A DNA stretch of 64,000 nt, taken from assembly GCA_963821255.1 (NCBI GenBank), contig CAWGCX010000006.1, positions 94,343-158,342 of the forward strand. The letters are read 5' to 3'. Positions within the stretch are counted from its first letter, which is position 1; each line of letters starts with the position of its first letter. The stretch comes from an uncultured Alphaproteobacteria bacterium (GTDB lineage Bacteria; Pseudomonadota; Alphaproteobacteria; Rhizobiales; Methyloligellaceae). The position numbers and the translations under genes were made by a program. The notes below the pieces were generated by a model that saw only the letters and a list, made by a program, of their open reading frames with translations, searched no databases and was not told the DNA's origin. Of the stretch, positions 1 to 11,422 are shown one piece after another.

Positions 1-279
1 GACCCAGTGCGAGACGAATATGACGAGACCGAAGATCGGGAGTCCGCCTTTGAGATGCTGCAGGCGCGCACCGCCAAGCGCGTCGAGGCGGAGGAAGAGG
101 CCGGCGCCGGTCAGGGCGAAGAGACGTCCACCAAAAAGAAAAGCAGCGGCGCTTCACGCAGCGACGGCTTCTGGACCACGCTCGGCAAGTCGATCATCCG
201 TTCCGGCGTGCCGATGGCGACCCGCGTGCTCGAGAGTGCCATCAAGCGCGGCACGCTCGGCGGCATTCGCCGCGGCTGA
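1..279 (+). CDS. C-terminal fragment of a HerA-like helicase / DUF853 (YjgR-like) protein; the 5' end lies outside the window
   Basis: The frame is open from base 1. The basic Gly/Ser-rich tail ...GKSIIRSGVPMATRVLESAIKRGTLGGIRRG resembles DUF853 C-termini. Recognised from memory only. Confidence 0.45.
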   Translation, partial: DPVRDEYDETEDRESAFEMLQARTAKRVEAEEEAGAGQGEETSTKKKSSGASRSDGFWTTLGKSIIRSGVPMATRVLESAIKRGTLGGIRRG

Positions 280-317
280 GGTCTCACCGGAATCAGCCGA
301 GCGGTCAGTTTTGTTCC

Positions 318-2183
<1,866 letters not shown>

Positions 2184-2184
2184 A

Positions 2185-2230
2185 CCTCCCCATCAAGGGG
2201 TAGGGGAACATCGCCATCAAGGGCAGGGAT
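2185..2230. repeat. GGGG/CCCC-arm palindromic intergenic repeat (family B)
   Basis: cctccccatcaaggggtagggg and a second catcaagggcaggg unit lie just after the ABC-F stop. Related to the units at 3192-3240, 3398-3419 and 57229-57365. Confidence 0.5.
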
Positions 2231-2235
2231 AAACG

Positions 2236-2268
2236 TTCATGCCCGGCACTTCGGCCGGGCATGACGAG
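2236..2268. repeat. Palindromic REP-like unit (family A, single arm)
   Basis: The hairpin tcatgcccggc-acttcg-gccgggcatga, followed by cgag, lies between the convergent ABC-F and sodB genes. The same arm sequence recurs at six other sites in the window. Confidence 0.8.
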
Positions 2269-2285
2269 TCAATTTGGGATGGAAA

Positions 2286-2894
2286 CTACGTTCGAGGCGC
2301 CGAAGCGTACATCTCCTCGACGTGGTCCCAGTTGATGAGATTGTCGAACCAGGCGTCGAGATATTTCGGCCGCTCGTTGCGATAGTCGATGTAGTAAGAG
2401 TGCTCCCACACGTCGACGCCAAGCAGCGGCCAGCCGCCATGCACGAGCGGGTTCTCGCCGTTCGGGGTCTTGGTCACTTCGAGCTTGCCGTCCTTGTTGA
2501 GTGCAAGCCACGCCCAGCCCGAGCCGAACTGCGTCTTGCCGGCCTCGATAAAATCGTTGCGGAACTTGTCGAAGCCGCCGAGATCGCGGTCGATCAGAGC
2601 AAGCACAGACCCGGGGACCTTCTTGCCGCCGCCGCCCTTCTTCATCCACGGCCAGAAATGGATGTGGTTGAAGTCCTGGGCGGCGTTGTTGAACACGCCC
2701 GCGTTCTTGCCGAAGCTTTTCTTGATGACCTCTTCGAGGCCAAGGCCGTCATACTCGGTGCCTTGGATTAGCTTGTTGAGATTGTCGACATAGGCCTTGT
2801 GGTGCTTGTCGTGATGGTAATGGAGCGTTTCGGCCGACATGTAGGGCTCGAGCGCCTCATAGGCGTAAGGGAGCGAGGGAAGTTCGAAGGCCAC
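2286..2894 (-). CDS. sodB: Iron superoxide dismutase
   Basis: FELPSLPYAYEALEPY...HHDKHH...AAQDFNH...DVWEHSYY (the AAQxxNH motif is the Fe-type signature). GTG start at 2894, preceded by GGAGAA. The longer 277-aa ORF in the track has an implausible N-terminal extension. Confidence 0.9.
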   Translation of the reverse strand: MAFELPSLPYAYEALEPYMSAETLHYHHDKHHKAYVDNLNKLIQGTEYDGLGLEEVIKKSFGKNAGVFNNAAQDFNHIHFWPWMKKGGGGKKVPGSVLALIDRDLGGFDKFRNDFIEAGKTQFGSGWAWLALNKDGKLEVTKTPNGENPLVHGGWPLLGVDVWEHSYYIDYRNERPKYLDAWFDNLINWDHVEEMYASAPRT

Positions 2895-3191
2895 GGCGGT
2901 TCTCCGGCAGGGTTGCAAGGTGGGAAAAAGCCTGCCGGAAGCTAAAGGTTCCCTAGAAGCGAGGCAAGCCGAGCCCTTCCGGAGCGCCGTGATCGAAAGC
3001 AGGGCCATAACGTTGAGAGGGAAGGGGTGGGCACGGAGTCCCTGAACTCCGTGCCCGGTGCCGAGGAAGGTTCGCTTTTGCCAGTACAGGGATCTGACAC
3101 GCGCGACTTTGCGCGACACTCGATGAACCGCGGCTGAACCGATTGTGCAGGATTGAGTCAGGATTTGACGATTGGGCCGCCGCGGCCACGC

Positions 3192-3240
3192 CTCTCCCCC
3201 TGTAGAGAGAGGCTGTTCGCCCGACTCGCGAAGCGAGTCG
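3192..3240. repeat. Family B palindromic repeat plus adjacent hairpin
   Basis: cctctccccctgtagagagagg is followed by the hairpin gactcgc-gaa-gcgagtc and ttttg. The region is intergenic. Confidence 0.45.
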
Positions 3241-3397
3241 TTTTGACGAACAGGTGAGGGGCTGAGGTCCCTTGAACTGAGAATCCGTTCCCCCTCGCCC
3301 TTCCTGCCATGCGACTTGCGCGCATTCTTAACGCGCTACCGCTTCGCTACTTGAGCTCAAGCGCCGCTCGCGTCGCGCGCAAGATCGCGGCAGGAAG

Positions 3398-3419
3398 CCC
3401 TCTCCCCACAGGGGAGAGG
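3398..3419. repeat. Family B hairpin (cctctcccc-aca-ggggagagg)
   Basis: A perfect 9-bp inverted repeat about 20 nt downstream of the isochorismatase-family gene stop. Confidence 0.5.
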
Positions 3420-3437
3420 AGGGTCGCTCGGCAAAGG

Positions 3438-3992
3438 CTACTTAATGAGCGCCTGAATCTCTTTGAACTCGGGCGTGCCGGCGCGCTCGAGCCATTCGAA
3501 CAGCACCATCTCGCTGTCGACCACATCGGCGCCGGATTTGAGCAGCCGGGACACGGCGCGCTTGGCGCTTGCCTTGTCGCGCGAGCCGATGGCGTCGGCG
3601 ACGACGAAGGCCTCGAAGCCCTGGGCCTCGAGATCGATGGCGGTCTGCAGCACGCAAACATGCGCTTCGATGCCGCCGACCACGACCTGCGGGCGGCCTT
3701 TGCGGCGAAGCTCATGCAGCCTCTCGCGCAGAGCCTCGCTCTTCAGGCAAGAGAACTCCACCTTGTCCAACACGAAGCCGTTGTTGGCGAAGGCCTCGCG
3801 GATCGGATCGACGGTCGGGCCCAAGCCTTGCGGATATTGTTCGGAGATGGTGATCGGCACATCGAGCAGACGCGCCGCGCGTACGAGGCGTACGCAGGCC
3901 TCGACGACCTTGTCTTTGCCCGAAATCGCGCCGACGAGCTTCTGCTGGACGTCGACGATGAGGAGTTGAGACTTGTCGCGGGCAAGCAGCAT
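3438..3992 (-). CDS. Isochorismatase-family cysteine hydrolase
   Basis: LLIVDVQ...ISEQYP...VVGGIEAHVCVLQTAIDL (catalytic Cys context). The ATG at 3992 is preferred over the upstream TTG at 4028. Confidence 0.8.
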   Translation of the reverse strand: MLLARDKSQLLIVDVQQKLVGAISGKDKVVEACVRLVRAARLLDVPITISEQYPQGLGPTVDPIREAFANNGFVLDKVEFSCLKSEALRERLHELRRKGRPQVVVGGIEAHVCVLQTAIDLEAQGFEAFVVADAIGSRDKASAKRAVSRLLKSGADVVDSEMVLFEWLERAGTPEFKEIQALIK

Positions 3993-4043
3993 GGTCGGCC
4001 TGTTACCCACAGGCCGACTGGACTGCAACCCATTTCTTCCCGG

Positions 4044-4484
4044 CTACTTGGTCTCGCCGCCTTTGTCTTCGGCGTCGAAGTCCAGCGCGGCGCCGTTGAT
4101 GCAATAGCGCGCGCCCGTCGGCCCAGGCCCGTCGGGGAAGACATGGCCGAGATGAGCCTCGCATTTCGCGCAGCGGACCTCCGTGCGGCGCATGCCGAGG
4201 CCTCGATCGTCGTGCTCGCTCACGGCGCCCGCCGGGGCCGAGAAGCTCGGCCATCCGGTGCCGGAATCGAATTTCGTATCCGAGCTGAACAGAGGCTCGC
4301 CGCAACAGACACAGCGATACATCCCCTCGCGCTTCTCCTCATAGTATGGGTGGCTAAAGGCCCGCTCTGTCCCGTGCTCTCGCGTGACATGGTACTGCTC
4401 GGGCGTAAGCTTTGCGCGCCACTCGGACTCCGACGACGCAGTCTTGGGAACGCCAGTCTTTTCGTTTCTATCGACTTTGCTCAT
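4044..4484 (-). CDS. msrB: Peptide-methionine (R)-S-oxide reductase
   Basis: Two CxxC pairs ([21 protein letters not shown]), GTGWPSF and RYCINGAAL. Confidence 0.93.
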   Translation of the reverse strand: MSKVDRNEKTGVPKTASSESEWRAKLTPEQYHVTREHGTERAFSHPYYEEKREGMYRCVCCGEPLFSSDTKFDSGTGWPSFSAPAGAVSEHDDRGLGMRRTEVRCAKCEAHLGHVFPDGPGPTGARYCINGAALDFDAEDKGGETK

Positions 4485-4971
4485 GGCGGGAACACTTTCG
4501 CGGTTGGTCGCATTTATTCGAGCGTAATATGGGGAGAGCAGGGCTCCCGGCGAAGAACGGAATACACCTTCTCACGAAGGCTTTATTGGCCGTGCGCTTA
4601 TGCTCGACCTCGACCGAGAGTGTCCCACAGAGTTTTCAGTGAATATCGGCCTGCTGGGAGGTTAACTTAAGCGGCCAAACGAGGTTGTCGGGTTAAGCCA
4701 AAGTCTCAACTCTCTGTGTCCGCGTGTTATTCGGGCGGTCTTTACTGGATGCGAGTGCAAGCACTTGCGTAGAAAGGTGCTATAGAGAGGAAATCAGCCT
4801 CACTTACGGGAGCATCACAGTTTCTAGTTGAGAAACATTGCGCATCGCGTCACAAAATGGGCGTATTGAAGTGACTCAACAGTGATGTGGGCCCGGGAGA
4901 TGCAGGAGCCACCAGGGAAGCTGGCGCGGTGCTTGGAGGACCGGGATTTAGACAGGATAAGGAGCCAATTA

Positions 4972-5379
4972 ATGGAAGCGAATCTGGAGAAGAACGAGCT
5001 CGTCGAGCTTACGGCAGAAATCGTCTCAGCCTATGTCAGCAACAATACGGTGGTCGCTTCCGAGCTTCCTGGCGTCATCCACAATGTCTTTGACGCCTTG
5101 AGCCGCGCCTCGAGCTTTACGGGCCAGGCGGTCCGCGAGGAGCTCAAGCCCGCCGTGCCAGTGAAGAAGTCGGTCACACCCGAATACATCATCTGCCTGG
5201 AAGACGGGAAGAAGTTCAAATCACTGAAGCGCCACCTCAGGACCCACTACGACTTGTCCCCGGAGGAATATCGGGAGAAGTGGGGATTGCCGCACGACTA
5301 TCCGATGGTCGCGCCGAACTACGCAGCCGCCCGCTCCGATCTCGCCAAGCGCATGGGTCTCGGCCAGCGGCGCAGATAG
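4972..5379 (+). CDS. mucR: MucR/Ros family zinc-finger transcriptional regulator
   Basis: [13 protein letters not shown]...[49 protein letters not shown]. The ATG at 4972 is preceded by AAGGAG. There is a long lower-GC 5' region. Confidence 0.9.
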   Translation: MEANLEKNELVELTAEIVSAYVSNNTVVASELPGVIHNVFDALSRASSFTGQAVREELKPAVPVKKSVTPEYIICLEDGKKFKSLKRHLRTHYDLSPEEYREKWGLPHDYPMVAPNYAAARSDLAKRMGLGQRRR

Positions 5380-5628
5380 GCGCAGGCAAGCGCGCTCTGG
5401 CGCGGTCTCGATCAAGCTTGGCGCATTCTCGCGTAACTTCGAACAAGGATTGCGCACGCTCGCGCGGCTTCGCCCAAGATCGGGTAGAGGCGCCCCCCGC
5501 TTCCTACAAGCCTTTGTGACTCTTTATGAATCTGGCACACGCCACTTGCGCGCGCAGTCCGACCTGGCGCATAGTCGGAGGAACAACGGCGATTCGCGAG
5601 CTGCTAAGTGCTTGCGGCAGGGGGACAA

Positions 5629-6177
5629 ATGCCGTCAGGACGCGCCTTCAGGGCCCAGCTCGTGCTTTCCGGACAGCGTGAGCTGTTCGACTACTGGATT
5701 CGCTCGGCGGGCGCGCGGCCGATGCCGGCGCGGTCGGATCTCGATCCGCTTAAAGTCCCGAGATTACTTTCGAATCTCGGCTTAATCGACGTGAGAGAAG
5801 GCGTCGATCGGGCCCGTTTCAAATTGGCGGGAACGCGCCTGCACGAGATCTACGGGCAGGAGATCACCGGCAAGCGGGCAGACGAGATTTTCGCCGGCGA
5901 AACAGCCTCTTATTGGCGCCGGGTGCATGAGCGCGTGGTGGCGACGGCCTTTCCGCTTGCCGGCGTGGTGCGCGGTCCGGCCGAGGGGCGGGATCATATC
6001 GTCTTGTTCTGGATGAGACTTCCGCTTTCGGAGGATGGCGAGACGGTCGACCGCATCCTCTGTCACGACACTGCCGTGCCCGCGTCTTGTGACCGCGCAG
6101 GCGTGCGGCGCTTCGCGCTCCGCTATGGACGGCGGCCGGCGCCGTCCCTACCGCAACGCCTCGCCCGGTTCGGCTGA
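5629..6177 (+). CDS. PAS_5 / DUF1457-type PAS domain protein
   Basis: LFDYW...RPMPARSDLDPLKVPRLLSNLGLIDV...RFKLAGTRLHEIYGQEITG is typical of this alphaproteobacterial family. The start (ATG 5629 vs GTG 5608) is uncertain. Confidence 0.7.
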   Translation: MPSGRAFRAQLVLSGQRELFDYWIRSAGARPMPARSDLDPLKVPRLLSNLGLIDVREGVDRARFKLAGTRLHEIYGQEITGKRADEIFAGETASYWRRVHERVVATAFPLAGVVRGPAEGRDHIVLFWMRLPLSEDGETVDRILCHDTAVPASCDRAGVRRFALRYGRRPAPSLPQRLARFG

Positions 6178-6670
6178 TCGAGGCATTGGCCGCGGCCAAG
6201 ACGCGAGAGCTCGGCGCGATAGGCGCTGAGCTAGCTCCAATGACCTCCGTCGCGCGCGGCCGCGCTCGACCCTTCGCGCCTGGCGTAGTTTCTCGAGCAC
6301 GCGGAGCGCGCCCTCCTTTGGTCCTCGAGCTCGTGCGCCAGAGCGCAATCAGCCGCGGCAGGTCGCGCTACCTCACATAAGCCGCCGCGCCGTCCCTTAC
6401 GCCCGCGCCGAACAGGCGCATGGCGGTCGATGGGCCATGCCTGCGTGCGCGTGTGCGTTTTTGGCAGTTCTTGTCTGACATGACCCGGTGCCTCTTTTGC
6501 GCGAGGCCTTGACAATGCGCGCGCCGCGAGAGGCGGGGATTGCCGGGACACAGCGGCCCCGCCTTATCCCCCGGGCTGATCGCCGCCGAGACTCGACCAC
6601 ACGCGCGGCGGAAGCTGCGGCACTGGGGCAGCGACGACTATCGCCCCACGCTCGACGCATGGAGCAAGAG

Positions 6671-7132
6671 CTAATGCAGCGTTGCTTTGCTGAGCGCAGC
6701 CTCGGCGTCGGCGCGAATGCGCTTCACCATCGCCATCAATCCGTTGGAGCGTTGCGGCGTGAGGTGCTCGCTGAGATGCAGGCGGCCGAGCTTTTCCGGC
6801 GCGTCGATGCCGACGATCTCCTGAGCCGTCCGTCCCGAATAGAGCGCGAAGAGAATCGCGATCAGCCCGCGCACTATATGGGCGTCACTGTCGCCGCGAA
6901 AGGCGAGCCGCGGCGCGCTCCCGTCGGGCTCGACATGGGTCGAGAGCCAGACCTGGCTCACGCACCCTTGCACCTTGTTCACCGCGTTGCGGTCCGCCTC
7001 TGGGAGCGGCTCAAGCCCGCGCCCGAGCTCGATGACGTAGCGGTAGCGATCCTCCCAATCGTCGAGAAGCTCAAAATCGGCGAGGATGTCGTCGAAGCGC
7101 GGGGCCCCGCGCGTGTCGTTCAGCGTGTCCAT
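6671..7132 (-). CDS. sufE: SufE-like sulfur acceptor protein
   Basis: DDWEDRYRYVIELG...NKVQGCVSQVWL...GDSDAHIVRGLIAIL...HLTPQRSNGL. Confidence 0.88.
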   Translation of the reverse strand: MDTLNDTRGAPRFDDILADFELLDDWEDRYRYVIELGRGLEPLPEADRNAVNKVQGCVSQVWLSTHVEPDGSAPRLAFRGDSDAHIVRGLIAILFALYSGRTAQEIVGIDAPEKLGRLHLSEHLTPQRSNGLMAMVKRIRADAEAALSKATLH

Positions 7133-7344
7133 GTCAGGAATATAGGCGCGTTCGACCGTGCCCGCGACCGCTTGCGCAAAAAGATGGGGCGCGCAATCCG
7201 GGAGGGAAAGGGCAGGGAACCGTCCCGGATGCGCGCCCCTGGCAGGCGGGGGGCTGCCAATTTCGTTTCAGGCCGCGAGGCGGACTCTGGATGGCCGATC
7301 ACCCGCGTGGGGACCGATTGCGCCAAGCGGCTATGCTGCAAAGC

Positions 7345-7734
7345 TTAGACGCCGGGGTCAGGCGCGCCCCAAGCCACTTCCCGATCCTCGGCGCGGAGCG
7401 TGTCCTGCGAATCGGCGCGCTCCCAAAGAGCTGGGCCCGATCCGTCGGTCTCAGCAACGGGTTCCGCAATCGGCGCCAGCAGCGAAGCCGATTCGTCGCC
7501 GCCCTTGCTCACGAGATCCATGAGCAATTCCGCGCCGTATTGCGCCTTCTGCACGAGCACTGCGAAGACCTCCTGGCCAGTCGCGCAAGTGCTTGGATTC
7601 CGGTCGCAAAACGTGGTCACGTCGTTGACCGCGGCTTGCGCTGTCCCATAAATCTCGTTTCGCTGATCCTCGTCGTTGGGGAGGAGCAGGATAATGACGG
7701 TCAGCCAAAAGGCCGTCCTGATCAGAAACAACAT
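7345..7734 (-). CDS. Small membrane-anchored protein (DUF5330-like)
   Basis: The N-terminal MLFLIRTAFWLTVIILLLP anchor and the position beside sufE match what is commonly seen in Rhizobiales. Confidence 0.6.
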   Translation of the reverse strand: MLFLIRTAFWLTVIILLLPNDEDQRNEIYGTAQAAVNDVTTFCDRNPSTCATGQEVFAVLVQKAQYGAELLMDLVSKGGDESASLLAPIAEPVAETDGSGPALWERADSQDTLRAEDREVAWGAPDPGV

Positions 7735-7779
7735 CGGTTTGCCCTCTCTGTTTCAAATCTCGCGGCTCGACGCCGCTTT

Positions 7780-7970
7780 TTCCGCTTTAGTTGTGTTATA
7801 TAGCGCAAACAAAATAAGAAGGCTTCACTGCAATCAATAAAGTTTGAATCGAAAATGACGCGCGGATTTGGTGAATAGACAATAATGATTTGCCGCTGTT
7901 TCGTTTCCATTCGATTTATATTATTTGATTATTTGAGACGAATTTATCTAAAATTCGAGATATCTCCAGG
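7780..7970. other. AT-rich island in a divergent intergenic region
   Basis: A hand count gives roughly one-third G+C over about 190 bp, in a window that is otherwise about two-thirds G+C. It lies between the divergent DUF5330-like and histidine kinase genes. Confidence 0.8.
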
Positions 7971-8079
7971 TGCGACCCTGCCCGCCAATCCGCACGAGTT
8001 TTAGCCTTCCGTAAAGGCGCGCCGCCCATACTGCCGCGCAAGACAAATCGGGACGTAGCGGCGTTAGACCCGCTCCGGG

Positions 8080-9873
8080 ATGCGCGTGTTTGGTCGTGAA
8101 AGCGTTAGCGGGCTTGCCGCCTATTTCAGCTCGCTTGTGCACGAGTCCGTCCGCGGCGACGTGCTGACCGCGGCCAGGCACCAATCCTTCATCGCTTCAC
8201 ACCTGCTCGGCGGGCTGCTGGCCCTTTGCGCGTTCCCCGTCTATCTCGTTCTGAACGGCAGGCCGTCGCTGTTCGTGGTGGCCGCCTTCCTTTGGCTGCT
8301 CACGCCGATCGGGATCGCGATCTTCCTGTCGCGCACCGGCAGGTTCGCCGCGGCGCATCTCGCCTCGGCGGCGAACTTCGCAGGGCTCGTCACCTATTCG
8401 GCCTGGCTCACCGGTGGACTGAGCTCCTGGCTCATCCCATGGATGGTGGCGGTGCCGCTCGAGGCGGCGCTTGCGACCGACCGGCGCATCGTCGCCTGGT
8501 CCGCAGCTGCCGCAGGGGTGGGGCTTGCGGTGCTCGCCGCGCTCCAAGTCTACGGTATCGCCCCGCCGCTGCTTTCGCTCGGCCTCTCACCGATGCTGCT
8601 CGCGCTCATCGGCGCCTTCACTGCAACGACCTATGCCGCGGCGCTCGCAATCATGGTGCAACTCGTGCAAAGGCGGTCGGAGGGCGCGGTCCGCGCTGGC
8701 GAGGAGCGCTACCGCTTGCTCGCCGAGAACGCCAACGACCTGATCACCCGCCACGACGAGAAGGGGCGCATCGTATTCGCCTCGCTCGCCGCGCAACAGC
8801 TGCTCGGCGAGCCCGCGCAGAAGATCCTCGGCGACGGCCTGTTCGAATGCGTGCATGTTGCCGACCGGCCGACCTATCTCACCGCGCTCTCGCGCTCTCA
8901 GACCAACGGGGAGCCGATCGCGGTGGAGTTCAGGCTGCGGTGCGGAAGCCCCGGAGAGAACGCCCGCTACATCTTCGTCGAGATGCGCTGCCGCCCGATG
9001 CAACCCGCCGATGGCGAGGCGCTCGACCGTCCCGGCATCGTCGCCGTGACGCGCGACATCACCGACCGCAAGGCGCAAGAGGCCGAGCTCACCCGCGCAC
9101 GCGACGAGGCCGAAAGCGCGAGCCGCGCCAAGTCGCAGTTCCTCGCCAATATGAGCCACGAGCTGCGCACCCCGCTCAACGCGGTGATCGGCTTCTCCGA
9201 GATCCTCAACCGCGAGCTGTTCGGTGCGCTCGGCGAGGCGCGCTACCGCGACTACGCGCGCCTCATTCACGAGAGCGGCGAGCACTTGCTCAACGTCGTG
9301 AACGACATCCTCGACATGTCGAAGATCGAGGCCGGCAAGTTCAACATCGTGAAGGAGCCGTTCGAGGTGGCTTCGCTCGTCAGGTCCTGCTGCGACATCC
9401 TGCGGCATACGGCGGAACGGCGGGGGCTCACCTTGATCGCTGACGTGGCACCAGGCATCCCGGAGCTTCCTGCCGACAAGCGCGCCTGCAAACAGATGCT
9501 GATCAACGTCATCGCGAATGCGATCAAGTTTACCAAGGAGGGCGGTTGGGTGCGCGCCAGCGCGAGGCTTGCGCGCGGCAATGTCGAGCTCGTGGTCGCC
9601 GACAACGGCATCGGCATCGCGGCGGAGGACTTGCCGAAGCTCGGCAATCCGTTCGTGCAGGCAAACAATTCCTACGACCGGAGCTATGAAGGGGCGGGGC
9701 TCGGCTTGTCCGTGGTCAAGGGGCTCGCGCGGCTGCATGGCGGCAGGTTCGAGCTCGAAAGCACGCTCGGGCAGGGGACGACGGCTATCATCGTGCTGCC
9801 GCTCGACGGGCCGGTCGAATCGATGGAAACTCCGGTGGAGCTCAAGAAAGTCTCCGCGGTTTCAGCCGCTTGA
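8080..9873 (+). CDS. Membrane-bound PAS sensor histidine kinase (PleC/DivJ/PdhS-like kinase core), no adjacent response regulator
   Basis: Several N-terminal TM helices and a PAS region. H-box SHELRTPLNAVIGFSE, then the FG..Y.DYA..I.ESG.HLL motif, an N box and G boxes (DNGIGI, GAGLGLS). Confidence 0.85.
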   Translation: MRVFGRESVSGLAAYFSSLVHESVRGDVLTAARHQSFIASHLLGGLLALCAFPVYLVLNGRPSLFVVAAFLWLLTPIGIAIFLSRTGRFAAAHLASAANFAGLVTYSAWLTGGLSSWLIPWMVAVPLEAALATDRRIVAWSAAAAGVGLAVLAALQVYGIAPPLLSLGLSPMLLALIGAFTATTYAAALAIMVQLVQRRSEGAVRAGEERYRLLAENANDLITRHDEKGRIVFASLAAQQLLGEPAQKILGDGLFECVHVADRPTYLTALSRSQTNGEPIAVEFRLRCGSPGENARYIFVEMRCRPMQPADGEALDRPGIVAVTRDITDRKAQEAELTRARDEAESASRAKSQFLANMSHELRTPLNAVIGFSEILNRELFGALGEARYRDYARLIHESGEHLLNVVNDILDMSKIEAGKFNIVKEPFEVASLVRSCCDILRHTAERRGLTLIADVAPGIPELPADKRACKQMLINVIANAIKFTKEGGWVRASARLARGNVELVVADNGIGIAAEDLPKLGNPFVQANNSYDRSYEGAGLGLSVVKGLARLHGGRFELESTLGQGTTAIIVLPLDGPVESMETPVELKKVSAVSAA

Positions 9874-9964
9874 CCGGGGCGGGGCAGGTCTGGCGGCCGT
9901 TTAGCATCTCTTTAGTTTCGGACGCCAAGATGCGGGCGAGGGCCCCCTTTTGAGTTCAATCCGG

Positions 9965-10747
9965 ATGAATATCGTGCTCGCGCGAGTCCTGTTCCTGGCT
10001 TTTGTCGGCCTGACCGGCATGATCATCTATAACGCGCTCTATCTGCAGGACTTGCAGGGCACGAGCCCGGCCAAGCTTGCGGCTGCGCGCGCCGCCAAGC
10101 CCGACGGGCAAGCGGCGCCGGACGCCGCGGTTGAGGTCGCGCCACCTTCCGAGTCCGAGGCTGCGTTCGCGCCGCCTTCCGAATCCGACGTGGCGATCGC
10201 GCCGCCTTCCGCGTCCGAGCTGAAGCTGCCACCTGTCAGCACGGACCTCCCGCCGCTCGAAGTCGCCGATGGCACGCCGACGCTGCTCGTCAAGGCGGTG
10301 CAGCGGGAGCTTTCCGCGCGCGGCTTCGACATCGGCGAGGAAGACGGGAGGCTCTCGAGCAAGACTCGCGCGGCGATCGCCACCTATGAGCGCGATCACG
10401 ACCTGCCAGAGACGGGGCTCGCGACCGACGAGCTGCTGCGCCACATCCTGCTCGGCGGGGCCGCGACGCCAACCGCCGCCACGGGCTCGCTCACGGCGCA
10501 AGAAGAGTTGAGCGGCGGAGACATCGAGGACAAGGCTGTCGTCAAAGCCGTGCAGCAGATCCTCGCCGATCTCGGCTACGAGCCGGGAAAGGCCGACGGC
10601 ACGATGGGAGGCGCCACGACGCGCGCCATCTCCGCCTTCCAGCGCGATCGCAAGGTCGCCGCGACCGGGCGCGTGACGCCGGCGCTGCTTGACGAGCTCA
10701 AGCGCGTGACCGGGCGCGACCTCACCCAAACCGCCGCGAAACGGTGA
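9965..10747 (+). CDS. Membrane-anchored protein with two peptidoglycan-binding (PG_binding_1-like) domains
   Basis: N-terminal TM helix and a Pro/Ser/Glu repeat linker. Two VKAVQ..L...G...G..DG......AI..(Y/F).RD motifs. An alternative TTG start lies at 9950. Confidence 0.8.
   Translation: MNIVLARVLFLAFVGLTGMIIYNALYLQDLQGTSPAKLAAARAAKPDGQAAPDAAVEVAPPSESEAAFAPPSESDVAIAPPSASELKLPPVSTDLPPLEVADGTPTLLVKAVQRELSARGFDIGEEDGRLSSKTRAAIATYERDHDLPETGLATDELLRHILLGGAATPTAATGSLTAQEELSGGDIEDKAVVKAVQQILADLGYEPGKADGTMGGATTRAISAFQRDRKVAATGRVTPALLDELKRVTGRDLTQTAAKR
10137..10226 (+). repeat. Three tandem 30-nt coding repeats
   Basis: tcgcgcc(a/g)ccttccg(a/c)(g/a/g)tccga... occurs three times, encoding (V/F/I)APPSESxxA units inside the PG-binding protein gene. 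Confidence 0.85.
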
Positions 10748-10811
10748 TCTCCTCTGCCCTTGGGGCGAGGAGAAATGCCTGCAGGCTTGACTTCACCTTC
10801 TACCTAACCAC

Positions 10812-10907
10812 CTCGTCATGCCCGGCCGAAGCGCCGGGCATCCACGAATTGAGCAAGCGGCAAGGCTGAAATTCGTGGATGGCCGGGACAAGCCCGGCCA
10901 TGACGAG
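10812..10907. repeat. Palindromic REP/MITE-like element (family A, full two-arm copy)
   Basis: ctcgtcatgcccggccgaagcgccgggcatccacgaatt ... aaattcgtggatggccgggacaagcccggccatgacgag. Each arm is itself a hairpin, and the two arms are inverted with respect to each other. Confidence 0.85.
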
Positions 10908-10940
10908 CATTTTTATTTGCGCGAGGCCGGAGCGGCATCC

Positions 10941-11294
10941 ATGCGCGTGAGAACCGAGATCTGGGTCAGGGCGTATCTCCGCCGCTGCCAGGCCGAAGCC
11001 ATTCCCGTCTATGTCGGGCGGCGCGGCGACGAAGCCGCTGGCGCCGTGTTCATCTGCGTGAACCGCCTCGACGGGACGGTCGCGCTCTACGGGCCGGCAC
11101 CCGCCGGACTTGCCGAAACCGAGACGGAGCGGCGCTGGGTGAGCCTTTTCGGCGGCAAGCCGGTCGGTGTGGCCGAGGTGCAGGTCTATCTCGCGCGCCA
11201 ATGGGATTTCGATCCTGACGTCTGGGTGCTCGAGCTCGAGGACCGCGCGGGACGCCACTTGCTCGGCGACCTGATCATCGAGGGCGAGGGCTAG
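10941..11294 (+). CDS. DUF1491 family protein
   Basis: MRVRTEIWVRAYLRRC...PVYVGRRGDEAAGAVFICVNRLDG...DVWVLELEDR. The ORF-track extension upstream is translation of the repeat element. Confidence 0.8.
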   Translation: MRVRTEIWVRAYLRRCQAEAIPVYVGRRGDEAAGAVFICVNRLDGTVALYGPAPAGLAETETERRWVSLFGGKPVGVAEVQVYLARQWDFDPDVWVLELEDRAGRHLLGDLIIEGEG

Positions 11295-11422
11295 TCTCCT
11301 CCTCTCCATTGCGCAGCATTTGCGGTTAGGGGTTCGTTAACCTTACCGCGTCCTTAATGCTGCAAGCGAGGGCGCGCGCTGTCATCGGGGAGAGAAGGCG
11401 CGGCCGCCCGTGGAGACCGAGA

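Noticed and set aside
3309-4670. 453-codon plus-strand ORF spanning the isochorismatase-family and msrB genes.
   Set aside because: It overlaps two well-supported minus-strand genes and an intergenic repeat. The sequence is low-complexity Arg/Ala/Leu with no recognisable domain.
8587-9738. 383-codon ORF antisense to the first PAS histidine kinase.
   Set aside because: The translation is Arg/Ala/Gly/Asp-rich with no motifs. It lies entirely opposite a gene with clear H, N and G boxes. It is a typical high-GC antisense shadow ORF.
11330-11345. tRNA-like ggttcg strings (here and within coding regions such as 19405-19415).
   Set aside because: No acceptor stem or anticodon arm can be folded around them. 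The surrounding sequence is coding or repeat. I found no tRNA or rRNA in the window.
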